A stretch of 64,000 nucleotides of DNA from Paramoeba atlantica (Eukaryota > Protista > Discosea). The notes beneath the pieces were generated by a model that did not search any database, had not been told where the DNA came from, and was given only the letters and a program-made list of their open reading frames with translations. Below, piece by piece: positions 40,505 through 54,434 of the stretch (position 1 is the first letter of the stretch; each line of letters begins with the position of its first letter). The DNA is taken from contig CDRNVI010000029.1 in the NCBI GenBank assembly GCA_977017575.1, positions 1 through 64,000 of the forward strand, read 5' to 3'. The translations under genes and the position numbers were made by a program.

Positions 40505-43500
40505 AATTAATAGGGGGGAAGAGTATGAGTTCTAACTTTCTATGAATGTACGGTATCAGTTTTTTTTTTTTTTTTTTCAAATTTATCTCTATAAATCAAT
40601 CTACAACAAATCACTCTATTTGACGAAACCAAACTAAAGAAAAGAAAAAGAAAAGAAAAATGCATCACCCTCTAATTCAGGAGCAGAGGTGGATCCGGGT
40701 CATCTTCTGCCATCCGCGCCACCATCATACGAGCCTGAGCTCGCATTAAAGTGACATTCAAGTCACGGATGAGATTTGCCGTCGCCGTTCCCCTGTCCAT
40801 CGTCCCTTGGGACGTAGCAGAGCGCCACGCTCCAACCTTCTTAAGCACAGCGAGGGCGCTGTCGGACCACGAGCCATAGGAGCCTACGACCATGGCCGCG
40901 AAGTCGTGCCCAGCAGTCTCGGCGTCCCGTCGCTGCACCTGCTTATGGCTTGTGGCATAGCTCTCGGCGAATGATCCCGCCGTCACCCCGTTAGCGTTAC
41001 GGACGAGGTCCGCGTATTTGGGTTGCTGAACGTGGGTAACGGCGAAATCAAGCACCAGAGACTTGCCTAAGCCAATGCTGGGCAAAACGACATCACCAGG
41101 CCTCGTGGGCGCTCCAGCGGGACCGCGATTGCCAAGACTTACCTCCCGTTGGGGGGCGAGGTGCGCCTTACTGCAGAAATCGACAAATTGACACGCCAGC
41201 GCGTTGTGGCGCGTCATGATGCCATGTCCACACTTACAGGACACGGCATGGTCGCCTTTTGGTCCCAACGGTTGCTGACACCTCCCCATAGGACAGGGCC
41301 GCGTTCCGGGGTAAATGTCTGCTCCCAACCACCAGCGGGACAAGGCGCGAAACTCAGTAGGAGTGTAAGAGTATCCTCTCTCCTTGGAGGGAATAACGAA
41401 TGCCCAACTCGCGGCCCCTCTCCCAGTTTGCGAAATCAAACGTGCGCGTGTGTTGAAGTCTGCTGCCTCATATGCTGAAGAAAATTCCCGGTCGCCTATC
41501 TCGCGACAAAGGTGTTTCTGTCGCGGGATAATCAGCTTTTCATTCATCCCGGCATCTAGGCTGTGATCATGGTGTGCATTGAGAGGGTTGGTTGATGCGT
41601 TATAATCTTTGTGGATTAGTGCCTCCTGTATTTTGCCGGTTGTCGAATCCACCAAAGTCTTTCCCGCCTGGCGGTTAACACGCTCCACTGCCTCGGAAAA
41701 CCATTTCGCCTCGGACGGTGCCCAGTCATCTTGAGAACCCGCAAAGGCTGCTGAAGAGACATAAGCTGCAGATGAATGTATAACGGAGGATCTTAGGCCA
41801 AAACCACCGTGTCTCTTGTCGCGTTGGATTTGTGCTCGTGCCGGGGCGTCTAGAGGACAGAGTATAAGCTCCGTAGCGCGGAGCACGGCGTTATCAAGCC
41901 TCTGACAGAGGTCTACCATGTATTTTGGTGGCGTTGTGCGGAGGGAGTAGACTAATTGGCAAAAGCCAGCGCAGTGGCGAATTAGCGTGAGGGCTACCTG
42001 TGGGTCTTCTAGTATGCCTATCGCCTTTAGAGTTGCTTCCGCAGGTTCGATCGCAAACTCACGTAGGTATTCAATACAGAACTCTTCTGACCCTACTGGG
42101 CTACCCAAAATGCTAAAGTTTCCTTCGTGATTTTTCATTCTGGCTGGGATGGTAGTGAATGAGTCCGTGCAACGCGAGGATACCGGATGAGATATTATCT
42201 CGCATTTACTCGCATTAAGATGGAGCCCCCACTGAGGTCCCGCACATGCTATAGCATCCAACGCCCTCCGTACGCTGTCGGATTTTCCGGCTAAAACACC
42301 GTCATCGAGATACCAAAGGTGCAAGAGGAGTCCGCTGGGCACTTCATTCTCGATCAGTTCAGTAATCTCTCGCAGAACCATGGAGAAAAGGAGGGGCCCT
42401 AAAGGGTCCCCCTGTTGAACTCCTTCGGTGGAGGCAACTGTTTGAGAACCATATGTGAGTGCGCTATCGGTGGAGTAGCACCAATTTATCCAAGGAGTCA
42501 ACTCGGGGAAGTGCTTTTCTGATAGAGATATGAACGCCGCCCTGGAAACCGTATTGAATGCGTTACGAAGGTCCACCTTGCATAAGACAAACTCTGGGTC
42601 ATTCTTTGTGGACTCCACCACTTGGCGGCAGAGGTGGATAACCCTTTCGGAGCCAGATGCCGTTGCCACACCATATTGACGTCCTTGGAAAAGTGTGCTA
42701 GCTTTGGACTTTACAACAGAGCAGGCAGCCTTGCTGACCATGCGGCGCAACGTTTCCCCTGCTGCGATAGGTCTTACATCATTTTGCCCTTTCTGCAATG
42801 CACACAATCGAGCCCCTGCGTAATATTGTTGTGCTTCAACTGGAGCCTTACCGGCGAGTAGGTGATTGGCAAGCTTTGTGAGACTCTCGAGGGGATGAAC
42901 ATCCGTGTCAGTTCCAGCGAATAATGCCGCTTGTATGTGTTCCGCTCGTAGCGCCATGGTTCCACCTGAGGAGCCCCTGTTAAAGCTTTGGATCGCCTTT
43001 CGTACATCATCCTCATTGACAGTCAAGGAAATGATTTCGTTGGAGGACGGTGCGCTTTGGCGTAGTGGACCGAACAGCCGGCTCGGGTGCTTGGTGACTA
43101 GTTTGTTATATGTCTCCTCATTGTCGGGTGCCATTGGCGCCGAAGTGAGTGCAGCTATTCCTCGAGAAACTTCTCCTTGACGGACCAGTAGTTCGGAGCG
43201 AATCGCTTTCTTTTCCTCATCCAGTAGTGTACCTGCTCCGGATCCTTGCTTCCTCTTCTTCTGGTGTTCAAGTACAGCTTCTTTCCACAGGGCTGAATAT
43301 TCGTGTGCTTCCCAGCGATCCAGACATTTCCGCACGTGGGAGGCGTACGAGCTATTTCCCTTTCGTCCTCTTCTATGCGGGGCTGGAAGGACACATTTCG
43401 GAAGCATCGCTAGTCGTGTCCATGCAGCGACGGTGTTCTCCCTCTCGGCTGTTGCGACGGTGGCTGTTAGGACCGTAGCCCACTGGCGTCGGCATCGGAA

Positions 43501-44402
43501 AGGAACGTCTTTGGACGTGGTCATAGGTGTTGTACAGACCGCTCTTAGGCTAGGGAAACATGGTGGGTCTATAGTGGGCGGTAAGCTAGATTCCTCTGGC
43601 GTCTCTGAAGGGTACGCGGGGTCAGGAAGATCTGTTGTTGGTGATGGCTGTGTGGGAGGTGGGTCCGCCCCGTAGCATTGAATTGAATGGGCTTCCTTCT
43701 TGGTCAACACAAAATGTTTGTTGCACACCGTGCAAAGAAATCTGCCTTCACGTGCCCACCACTCTAGCGGTATGCCTTCGGCGTGTCGGGAGGCCACATG
43801 ATTATAAAAAGCTTGCCATTTGCCGCCGTGGGATTGTGCGGACCACGCACATCCGTCTGCCGGACAGTACCGACGTTCCGGGAGGGGCGGGTCCCCCGCA
43901 GAATGAAGAGGTGGCACGACAGCTTCCGTTGCAGGACCAGCTAGAGTCACAGCGCGGTGAGGGTCGCATAGTACGGTCTCCTGAGTTGAGTCAGTCTCGT
44001 CGGTTGGGGATACAGGAATCAATAACTCAAAGCTAGGAGGATTGCTCAAGGTAACAGAGAACGTGGTGGGGGGGGCAGGTTGCGGTGAGACACAATTTCG
44101 TTTACGTGTGCAGAGGTTTAGCGTCACAGGGGGGTCATGACCTGGTGCGGCAACGTCCTTGGAACGAAGTGAAAGCAGACCACGCGTTTTCAATATAATG
44201 CTCCCGACCAGGCATGCGACTGTCCAAGTCACCGTGCATCCTAGGGCGAGGACGTTCCCTACAATAACGCTAGTGTACTTAAGTATGAAGAAGACGATCG
44301 TCACCAGTACGTATGCAAACTGTATGTATGTGATGGGAACTGTCAATAGGCGCCTCCACTGCGCCGTGCGGGCTGGGGCGTGTGCACGCTTACAGCACTG
44401 GT

Positions 44403-44403
<1 letters not shown>
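40503..44403 (-). mobile_element. 5'-truncated family D copy 5 (ORF part 40672-44403)
   Basis: Same truncation point as D3. Confidence 0.92.
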
Positions 44404-44437
<34 letters not shown>

Positions 44438-44439
<2 letters not shown>

Positions 44440-47400
44440 GGGGGAAGAGTATGAGTTCTAACTTTCTATGAATGTACGGTATCAGTTTTTTTTTTTTTTT
44501 TTCAAATTTATCTCTATAAATCAATCTACAACAAATCACTCTATTTGACGAAACCAAACTAAAGAAAAGAAAAAGAAAAGAAAAATGCATCACCCTCTAA
44601 TTCAGGAGCAGAGGTGGATCCGGGTCATCTTCTGCCATCCGCGCCACCATCATACGAGCCTGAGCTCGCATTAAAGTGACATTCAAGTCACGGATGAGAT
44701 TTGCCGTCGCCGTTCCCCTGTCCATCGTCCCTTGGGACGTAGCAGAGCGCCACGCTCCAACCTTCTTAAGCACAGCGAGGGCGCTGTCGGACCACGAGCC
44801 ATAGGAGCCTACGACCATGGCCGCGAAGTCGTGCCCAGCAGTCTCGGCGTCCCGTCGCTGCACCTGCTTATGGCTTGTGGCATAGCTCTCGGCGAATGAT
44901 CCCGCCGTCACCCCGTTAGCGTTACGGACGAGGTCCGCGTATTTGGGTTGCTGAACGTGGGTAACGGCGAAATCAAGCACCAGAGACTTGCCTAAGCCAA
45001 TGCTGGGCAAAACGACATCACCAGGCCTCGTGGGCGCTCCAGCGGGACCGCGATTGCCAAGACTTACCTCCCGTTGGGGGGCGAGGTGCGCCTTACTGCA
45101 GAAATCGACAAATTGACACGCCAGCGCGTTGTGGCGCGTCATGATGCCATGTCCACACTTACAGGACACGGCATGGTCGCCTTTTGGTCCCAACGGTTGC
45201 TGACACCTCCCCATAGGACAGGGCCGCGTTCCGGGGTAAATGTCTGCTCCCAACCACCAGCGGGACAAGGCGCGAAACTCAGTAGGAGTGTAAGAGTATC
45301 CTCTCTCCTTGGAGGGAATAACGAATGCCCAACTCGCGGCCCCTCTCCCAGTTTGCGAAATCAAACGTGCGCGTGTGTTGAAGTCTGCTGCCTCATATGC
45401 TGAAGAAAATTCCCGGTCGCCTATCTCGCGACAAAGGTGTTTCTGTCGCGGGATAATCAGCTTTTCATTCATCCCGGCATCTAGGCTGTGATCATGGTGT
45501 GCATTGAGAGGGTTGGTTGATGCGTTATAATCTTTGTGGATTAGTGCCTCCTGTATTTTGCCGGTTGTCGAATCCACCAAAGTCTTTCCCGCCTGGCGGT
45601 TAACACGCTCCACTGCCTCGGAAAACCATTTCGCCTCGGACGGTGCCCAGTCATCTTGAGAACCCGCAAAGGCTGCTGAAGAGACATAAGCTGCAGATGA
45701 ATGTATAACGGAGGATCTTAGGCCAAAACCACCGTGTCTCTTGTCGCGTTGGATTTGTGCTCGTGCCGGGGCGTCTAGAGGACAGAGTATAAGCTCCGTA
45801 GCGCGGAGCACGGCGTTATCAAGCCTCTGACAGAGGTCTACCATGTATTTTGGTGGCGTTGTGCGGAGGGAGTAGACTAATTGGCAAAAGCCAGCGCAGT
45901 GGCGAATTAGCGTGAGGGCTACCTGTGGGTCTTCTAGTATGCCTATCGCCTTTAGAGTTGCTTCCGCAGGTTCGATCGCAAACTCACGTAGGTATTCAAT
46001 ACAGAACTCTTCTGACCCTACTGGGCTACCCAAAATGCTAAAGTTTCCTTCGTGATTTTTCATTCTGGCTGGGATGGTAGTGAATGAGTCCGTGCAACGC
46101 GAGGATACCGGATGAGATATTATCTCGCATTTACTCGCATTAAGATGGAGCCCCCACTGAGGTCCCGCACATGCTATAGCATCCAACGCCCTCCGTACGC
46201 TGTCGGATTTTCCGGCTAAAACACCGTCATCGAGATACCAAAGGTGCAAGAGGAGTCCGCTGGGCACTTCATTCTCGATCAGTTCAGTAATCTCTCGCAG
46301 AACCATGGAGAAAAGGAGGGGCCCTAAAGGGTCCCCCTGTTGAACTCCTTCGGTGGAGGCAACTGTTTGAGAACCATATGTGAGTGCGCTATCGGTGGAG
46401 TAGCACCAATTTATCCAAGGAGTCAACTCGGGGAAGTGCTTTTCTGATAGAGATATGAACGCCGCCCTGGAAACCGTATTGAATGCGTTACGAAGGTCCA
46501 CCTTGCATAAGACAAACTCTGGGTCATTCTTTGTGGACTCCACCACTTGGCGGCAGAGGTGGATAACCCTTTCGGAGCCAGATGCCGTTGCCACACCATA
46601 TTGACGTCCTTGGAAAAGTGTGCTAGCTTTGGACTTTACAACAGAGCAGGCAGCCTTGCTGACCATGCGGCGCAACGTTTCCCCTGCTGCGATAGGTCTT
46701 ACATCATTTTGCCCTTTCTGCAATGCACACAATCGAGCCCCTGCGTAATATTGTTGTGCTTCAACTGGAGCCTTACCGGCGAGTAGGTGATTGGCAAGCT
46801 TTGTGAGACTCTCGAGGGGATGAACATCCGTGTCAGTTCCAGCGAATAATGCCGCTTGTATGTGTTCCGCTCGTAGCGCCATGGTTCCACCTGAGGAGCC
46901 CCTGTTAAAGCTTTGGATCGCCTTTCGTACATCATCCTCATTGACAGTCAAGGAAATGATTTCGTTGGAGGACGGTGCGCTTTGGCGTAGTGGACCGAAC
47001 AGCCGGCTCGGGTGCTTGGTGACTAGTTTGTTATATGTCTCCTCATTGTCGGGTGCCATTGGCGCCGAAGTGAGTGCAGCTATTCCTCGAGAAACTTCTC
47101 CTTGACGGACCAGTAGTTCGGAGCGAATCGCTTTCTTTTCCTCATCCAGTAGTGTACCTGCTCCGGATCCTTGCTTCCTCTTCTTCTGGTGTTCAAGTAC
47201 AGCTTCTTTCCACAGGGCTGAATATTCGTGTGCTTCCCAGCGATCCAGACATTTCCGCACGTGGGAGGCGTACGAGCTATTTCCCTTTCGTCCTCTTCTA
47301 TGCGGGGCTGGAAGGACACATTTCGGAAGCATCGCTAGTCGTGTCCATGCAGCGACGGTGTTCTCCCTCTCGGCTGTTGCGACGGTGGCTGTTAGGACCG

Positions 47401-48291
47401 TAGCCCACTGGCGTCGGCATCGGAAAGGAACGTCTTTGGACGTGGTCATAGGTGTTGTACAGACCGCTCTTAGGCTAGGGAAACATGGTGGGTCTATAGT
47501 GGGCGGTAAGCTAGATTCCTCTGGCGTCTCTGAAGGGTACGCGGGGTCAGGAAGATCTGTTGTTGGTGATGGCTGTGTGGGAGGTGGGTCCGCCCCGTAG
47601 CATTGAATTGAATGGGCTTCCTTCTTGGTCAACACAAAATGTTTGTTGCACACCGTGCAAAGAAATCTGCCTTCACGTGCCCACCACTCTAGCGGTATGC
47701 CTTCGGCGTGTCGGGAGGCCACATGATTATAAAAAGCTTGCCATTTGCCGCCGTGGGATTGTGCGGACCACGCACATCCGTCTGCCGGACAGTACCGACG
47801 TTCCGGGAGGGGCGGGTCCCCCGCAGAATGAAGAGGTGGCACGACAGCTTCCGTTGCAGGACCAGCTAGAGTCACAGCGCGGTGAGGGTCGCATAGTACG
47901 GTCTCCTGAGTTGAGTCAGTCTCGTCGGTTGGGGATACAGGAATCAATAACTCAAAGCTAGGAGGATTGCTCAAGGTAACAGAGAACGTGGTGGGGGGGG
48001 CAGGTTGCGGTGAGACACAATTTCGTTTACGTGTGCAGAGGTTTAGCGTCACAGGGGGGTCATGACCTGGTGCGGCAACGTCCTTGGAACGAAGTGAAAG
48101 CAGACCACGCGTTTTCAATATAATGCTCCCGGCCAGGCATGCGACTGTCCAAGTCACCGTGCATCCTAGGGCGAGGACGTTCCCTACAATAACGCTAGTG
48201 TACTTAAGTATGAAGAAGACGATCGTCACCAGTACGTATGCAAACTGTATGTATGTGATGGGAACTGTCAATAGGCGCCTCCACTGCGCCG
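44438..48291 (-). mobile_element. 5'-truncated family D copy 6 (ORF part 44597-48291)
   Basis: Truncated about 40 nt further in than D3/D5; one V>A change. Confidence 0.92.
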
Positions 48292-48312
48292 TTTTTTTTT
48301 TTTTTTTTTTTT

Positions 48313-48876
48313 GCAATTAATAAGGGGGGAGAAGTATGAATCGCGGCATTGCCTCTATATTTTGACCCAGTAGACGAACCAAGTAGGTCCATTGGGGGGG
48401 GTATACGAGTTAAAAACAAGCAATCAAATTAGCAATTCTTTTTGTTTCCACAGATGTACCTTTTGTTTTTTCTCAGCCCAAAACTAGCAATTTAATCTCC
48501 CCTAAGTATATACTACAAACAAGAAACAGTAAAAACTAAAACAAGCAATACAGACCCAATCCATTCGCGCGTTCCGGACCGGGTCTTTCGACCACTCCAC
48601 GGCCTGACTTGTGAACCCTTCCCTTGCTATATGGGAGGGCGCAGGCGCGGGCCTGTGTCGACAGCGACACGGTCGCGAAACAGGATGCTGGCCGACGGGG
48701 AGGAGATTCACTACCCGTGTACTACCTCACTTGGGGTACCTAGCCCTCGCGGGCTAGGCGTGAGTATAGACTCTGTCGACCCGGCCAGCACCCGTCCTGG
48801 ATATTATGGCGTCTTCGTGCTGAAACTGGACTGTCAGTAGAGGCTTAAGCCTCTACCAAAGGATCCGCTGGGTCCT
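48313..48876 (-). mobile_element. Family A 3'-end-only copy 3 (last codons, structured RNA 48561-48799, tail)
   Basis: Matches the A1/A2 3' region. Confidence 0.9.
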
Positions 48877-48970
48877 TTGACGCTAGGCGTGAGCATAGAC
48901 TCTGTCGACCCGACCAGCACCCGTGGCCTTTTTTTTTTTTTGCAGCCCCTTTTTTTTTTTTTTTTTTTTT

Positions 48971-51900
48971 GCAGATAATAGGGGGGGAAGAGTACGAGTG
49001 CTAACTTTATATATGTATGTACGGTATGACTTTCTCACTTACTTTCCTACTTGCTCAACTTCTTTCCCTCACTTCCCCCCATTTTAAAAACGAGCAAAAT
49101 ATATAACTAGCAAATATATGCTTTCCCATCTTACCCACTTCCCCTTACCAATCTTACCAGCTTTCCAGGGAGGGTAAGGTCTCCCTCGGCTAGGAGGGGC
49201 AGACTTTCCCCGAACCATTCGCGCGTTCCGGACCGGGTCTTTCGACCTCTCCCAGCTTGCCTTGGTAACCCTTCTCTTGTTGTACGAGAGGGCGCAAGCA
49301 ATGGGCCTGTGCCGACAGCGGCACGGTCGCGGAGCATGATGCTGGCCGACGGGGAGGAACAAAGTTCCCTACCCATGTCCTACCTCACTTGGAGTACCTA
49401 GCCCTGGCGGACTAGGCGTGAGCATAGACCCTGCCGGCATCGACCAGCATCCGGACCAGCTGTTCGAGTTCCGGCTGAGCGGCCCATCTTGCACATCCGT
49501 CATCGTGCTATTGCTCGATTAAAGGGGGCAAGGGGTCCACAGCCGGCAGGCGCGTAATCATCATGCGTGCCTGGCAACGCATCAATGTTACGTTCATGTC
49601 GGTCACGAGACGGAGCGTAGAGGCCTCGTCTGTCAAGATACCGTTGGACGCTTTTGCCCTTCGTTCTCCAACCTTCCGGAGAACGGCTAAAGCACTGGCA
49701 CTCCAAGAGCCATAGCTCTCGACCACCATAGCTGTGAAATCGCTTCCGGCATCTTCAGATTCACGGCGTTGTCGGACTTTCTGCTCTGAGGCATAATGCT
49801 CTGCGAAGGACCCCGCGGCCACCCAGCTAGCATTTCGGACTGTGTCCGTGTATTTAGATTGCTGGGCGTGAGTGACCGCGAAGTCAAGCACGATAGGTTT
49901 CCCGAGGAAGAGACTCGGAAGGAAGACGTCCCCGGGCCTAGTCAGAGCGCCTCCGGGGCCCCGGTTCCCGAGGCTTTTTTCCCGTTGGGGAGCTAGGCGT
50001 GCGTTACTGCAAGTATCGGCAAAGTGATCGGCCAAGGCGTTGTGACGGCCGATGATACCGTCCCCGTGCTTGCATGTGAGAGCGTGATCGCCGTGTATGT
50101 CCAATGGGAGTGTGCAGTTCCCCTTGGGACATGTACCTTCTTCCCCGTACACGGGCACACCTAACCACCAGCGGGATAGGATGCGGAATTCTGTGGGGTT
50201 AAAGGCGTGGCCCGTGTCTCTGGAAGGAGTTACGAACGCCAAACTGCTTGCTCCTTTACCACACTGAGAAGCCCAGCGTGCGCGAGTCCGGGCGTCGGCG
50301 TTTTCATATGCGTGCGAGAACTCTGTGGCAGAGATCGCGTAACTTATGTCTTTTTGGCGGGGGACGCTATTACTTGCCCAGTCGGGTGGCTGCGCGTCAA
50401 CGCAATCTTCGGATGCGTAAAGGGGGTTTGTATCGTGTGGAAAGTCTTCGGAATGAGGCAATGCGCGGTCACGAGGAAGGGAAGGCGGATTTGCGGGTTC
50501 AAAGGGATGTCTGGTTTCTCCCTCGCGAGATCTCTTGGTGAAGCGAGCTTTGGGGGAGAGTTCTTCACATTTATGGCGCGGGATGGAACGCACGAGTCCG
50601 TTTGAGTCGAGTAGACTGATACCAACTTTCGAATTCACGTCTTCAATCGATTGTAGAAAGCCCCCCACTTCTGAAGCATCCCATGAGTCCGTGGCCGCCG
50701 CGAAAACTACAGAGGAGGCGTAAGCGGAGGATGCGTGCACGGTCGCCGATTTTAAACCGAAACCTCCGTGTCTTTTCAAGCGCTGAATTTGGGCGCGTGC
50801 GGAGGGAGGCAAAGGACATAGAGTGGATTCGACCGCGTGCATTAGGAAGTCGTCGAGCCGCTTGCAGAGGTTCATAACTGATTGCGGGGGCGTCGTTCGT
50901 AGAGCATGTACCAATTTGCAGAATCCAGCACATTGTCGAATTAGCGCCATGGCTACCTGGGGGTCCCGGATTCTGGTTATGGCATCAAGGGCCATTTCAG
51001 CGGGCTCAACCGCGTGTGTCAGCAGATATTCAGTACAGTACTCAGGGGACCCAATTGGGCTTCCTAGGACACTAAAGTTACCGCACACGTTTATTTTGGC
51101 GTCGGGTATGTCCGGAAATATGGTTACAACGTTAGCCGAGGCAGGGGGGGTGATTATTTCGCACTTGGACATGTTCAGATATAGGCCCCATCGCGGACCT
51201 ACTCTGGCGATTGTATCCAACGAATTCCTGACGTCTTCTGCCCTGCCAATGAGAATCCCGTCGTCTAGGTACCATAGCTGCAAGTCCAGGTCGGCCTGGT
51301 GATAGATTTCTTTTGCAAGTTCCAAGGAGACCAGTGAAAAGAAAAGTGGTCCCAGGGGATCGCCCTGTTGGACGCCTTCATCCGAAAGGAGTGTGTGGTC
51401 ACGATAGGTCAAAGCACTAGTTGTCGTATAGCACCAGCTAGCCCAGGGGAACAATTCCGGAAAATGTTCGCCTACAAGTTTCAAGAAAGTTGCTCTGCTA
51501 ACGTTGTTGAATGCGTTGCTTAGGTCGACTTTACATAATACCATGTCGGGGTTGTCCGTATGAATTGTCATTGCGTGCCGGCAAGTGTGAATTATTCGTT
51601 CCGAACCGGCCGGTGTCGCGACGCCGAACTGTAGTCCCTTAAAAAATTCCCTGGCTTTGCTCCTCACTGCATTGCAAGCCGCTTTGCTTACCAATCGACG
51701 TATCGTTTCTCCCGCTGCTATGGGGCGGACGTCATTTTCGCCCTTTTCAAGCGCGCAAAGTCTTGCTCCCGCAAAATATGGTTGTACCTCTAGGGGTGCT
51801 TTCCCGGCTAGTAGATGATTCACGAGGTTTTTAAGGGCAGTAAGGGGTTTCACGGTGTTATCTACGTGCGCCAGGAGTACAGCTTGCAAGTGCTCGGGTC

Positions 51901-53452
51901 GTAAACCCATGGTTCCGGACGAGGAACCCCGGTGAAAGCTCTTGATAGTTTTCGCTACCACGGGTTCATCCATTATTAGGGGCGCTGTGGGCGGAGGCGA
52001 TAGTCGATGATGTCACTGTCTGGATGTCGGGGCGGGTGCTTGCTCTGAAGTTTGAGGAGTGTGTCTTCGTCGTCAGGCGCCATAGCATCCGCCGTGAGTG
52101 CAGCCATACCCCTAGAGTACTCGCCTTGTCGAGCTAGAAGCTCTGCTCGGATAGCTGCCTTTTCCTCTTCGTCGTGAACGGTTGTAGGGGCTACAGATTG
52201 TTTCTTGAGTGCGTTGTCTACTGCTTCATTCCATAGGGAGACATAATCTTGCGCGAGCCATCGGTTCATGCACTTCTGGACGTATGATGCGTAAGTTGTG
52301 TGGTTCTTACGTCCTCCTCGGTGTGGGGCGGGTAGTAAGCACTTGGGGAGCATGGCGAATAGGGTCCACGCGGCTGTAGAGTTTTCGGTGACTGCGTTTT
52401 GGGCTGCTTTGGTGATAATTTCTCCCCACAGTTGACGGCAACGTGGAGGCACGTCCTTGCAAGTGTTCAGGCGCAGCGTGCAGATAGAGGATAGCGAGGG
52501 AAGTTCAGAGTGATGAGTTTGAGTCCCCGGAAGGTGGCTTGGGTCGCTCGAGTGTGCTGCGCGCGATGGGATTTGGGGGTTCGCAACGTTCCCTTTGCAG
52601 GCTTGTGGATGAGCTTCCCTTTTGTTGATGTCATAATGGCGCCCGCATAAGTTGCAAAGAAATCGGCCTTCTGCATCCCACCAGGTAGCGGGAACTCCGT
52701 TTCCGTGGCGACACGCGACGTGGTTATAAAACGCTTGCCAAGACCCTCCGTGCGGCAGACTTCTCCAAGTGCATCCCATGGCCGGACATTCCCGAGTCTC
52801 TTCTCTTGTTTGTGTCTTTTCAGCGAAGTTATTTTGGTTTGCGGCGTGTCGCGGTGAAGAGAAATATGTCCGGGGCTCCGGTGTTCGCCTTGACGAGCGC
52901 GAGTCCGCTTTGGTCACTCCTTTCGATGGGGAAGTGTTTCGACCTTGGTGGGAAAGAGCATCCTTCACTGCGGATTTGAGCGTCCGAGCTTCATCGGGGA
53001 TCTTTGATGTGGGTGTAGCCTCGTGAGTAATTTTCTGCCTTCTCACCCCACAGTGCTGCATCTCCTCGTCTTCGGCCTCTACGTGGCCCGTGTCTGGGGT
53101 TTCCTTTTCCTGGGAGATGTGACGTGCGCGTTCCAACCATTCCTTAGGAATATTCGCCGGGATTGGTGTAGTGTAGAGTTGTTCGTCGTATGTGCTGACA
53201 GCGCGAATCAAATGCTTGTTTCCTTGGAATTGGTCCCAACTGCCGAGAGAGTGCGCACGTTCTTCGTCGGCGAGAGCGCCTACGCTGAGAGCTCCTTCCT
53301 TTGCACTCATATGGAATGAGGGGTGGTCCTCGTTCGAGCGTGCGGGGCTCTGAGGAGTATTGGTTTGCGTCATAAAAGAGCTGGGCCCCGAGAGAATACT
53401 ACGTAAAAAAAAATTCAACAAGGTACAGAAACTGTATCTTTATCGTTAAAGT
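48971..53452 (-). mobile_element. Full-length family B copy 2 (SL at 53416-53452; structured RNA 49215-49452)
   Basis: Reverse complement near-identical to B1. Confidence 0.92.
49508..53373 (-). pseudogene. Family B ORF split by a 1-nt deletion near 51990
   Basis: Track gives 481-aa and 821-aa pieces; ggcgatagtc here versus ggcgtatagtc expected from B1; could be a sequencing error. Confidence 0.75.
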
Positions 53453-53581
53453 TCTAAGTTATCGTTAAAGTTCTAAAGTTTTTTTTTTTTTTTTTTTTTT
53501 TTTGTTGCGAGTTTTTTTTTTTTTTTTCCTTGTTGCTTGTTGCTTGTTGTTTTTTTTTCCCTTACTCAGTTAACTTTTCAG

Positions 53582-54166
53582 ATGTCCTGGGGCAAAGGCC
53601 CCGACGGTGGTAAGGAGAAAGCGGCCGCGGACAGCAGCATTCGTACAATTCAAATCCTGCCTTGTGACTCTTCGCGATCTGAAGTGCAAGACTACCTCCA
53701 TTTGCATTTAGCATTCATGAAAACAAAGTGTATGACCTCTTTTTCGCCTGACCTTGAGCCTGTAAAACCCTCTTCTGCTCGGTCCGGTCCTGAGGATTTC
53801 ATTCGCCATATTTGCGCTACGCGAGTCAGTGTAAAAGGTCGAACGCTTTTATTTCGGATAGCGAGTTTTCGCTGGTATGATGCGACGCTGATTTTGGCAA
53901 CGGAAATCAAGGTCGGTAGATCAGAAGATTGGTTCATTGAGCGCCGAAATCCCTTTTCTGCTCTGTTCCAATCTTCAAAACTGCTGTCCAAGATTTACGT
54001 GGAGCCGAGGAATCCGTCAGAAATCACTTTGAGCGCAACAAAATTATGGCCCATTGAGCATCTAAATCCCTTTTCTGCTCTGTGCCTTTTTTTCCAGCAC
54101 TCGTACGATTTCGCATGGGTACGTACGATTTCGCATGGGACTACATTCCGGATGCGAATTGGGTAG
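53582..54166 (+). CDS. Orphan ~194-aa ORF with AT-rich 3' UTR and poly(A) at 54441-54465; probable retroposed passenger mRNA
   Basis: ATG after CCTTGTTG(CTTGTTG)2 and a pyrimidine tract; no RT or RLE motifs. Confidence 0.5.
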   Translation: MSWGKGPDGGKEKAAADSSIRTIQILPCDSSRSEVQDYLHLHLAFMKTKCMTSFSPDLEPVKPSSARSGPEDFIRHICATRVSVKGRTLLFRIASFRWYDATLILATEIKVGRSEDWFIERRNPFSALFQSSKLLSKIYVEPRNPSEITLSATKLWPIEHLNPFSALCLFFQHSYDFAWVRTISHGTTFRMRIG

Positions 54167-54434
54167 GTGGTATGAAGCAGTAAAAGAACTCCAAAAATAA
54201 ATTTCTCAATCATTCTTGGTATGATGTTGATGTTTCACGGGAGGCTGTTGCTGTTGAGCATCGCTATATCTTAGAAGTTTATGCTGCTTACCCTAGAAAA
54301 ATATGCTGGTCTATTCGAAACCTGAAAACATCAATGATTCATCTTACTTTGCTTACTTGTTTGCTCGTTTTTCCTAGAAGGATTGTTATTCTAGGTTGAA
54401 AAGTGATATTCAAAATGTGCTATTCAATAAAACG

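Noticed and set aside
51976-52000. Programmed frameshift in B2
   Set aside because: B1 and B3 are intact at this site; a single-base deletion or sequencing error is simpler.
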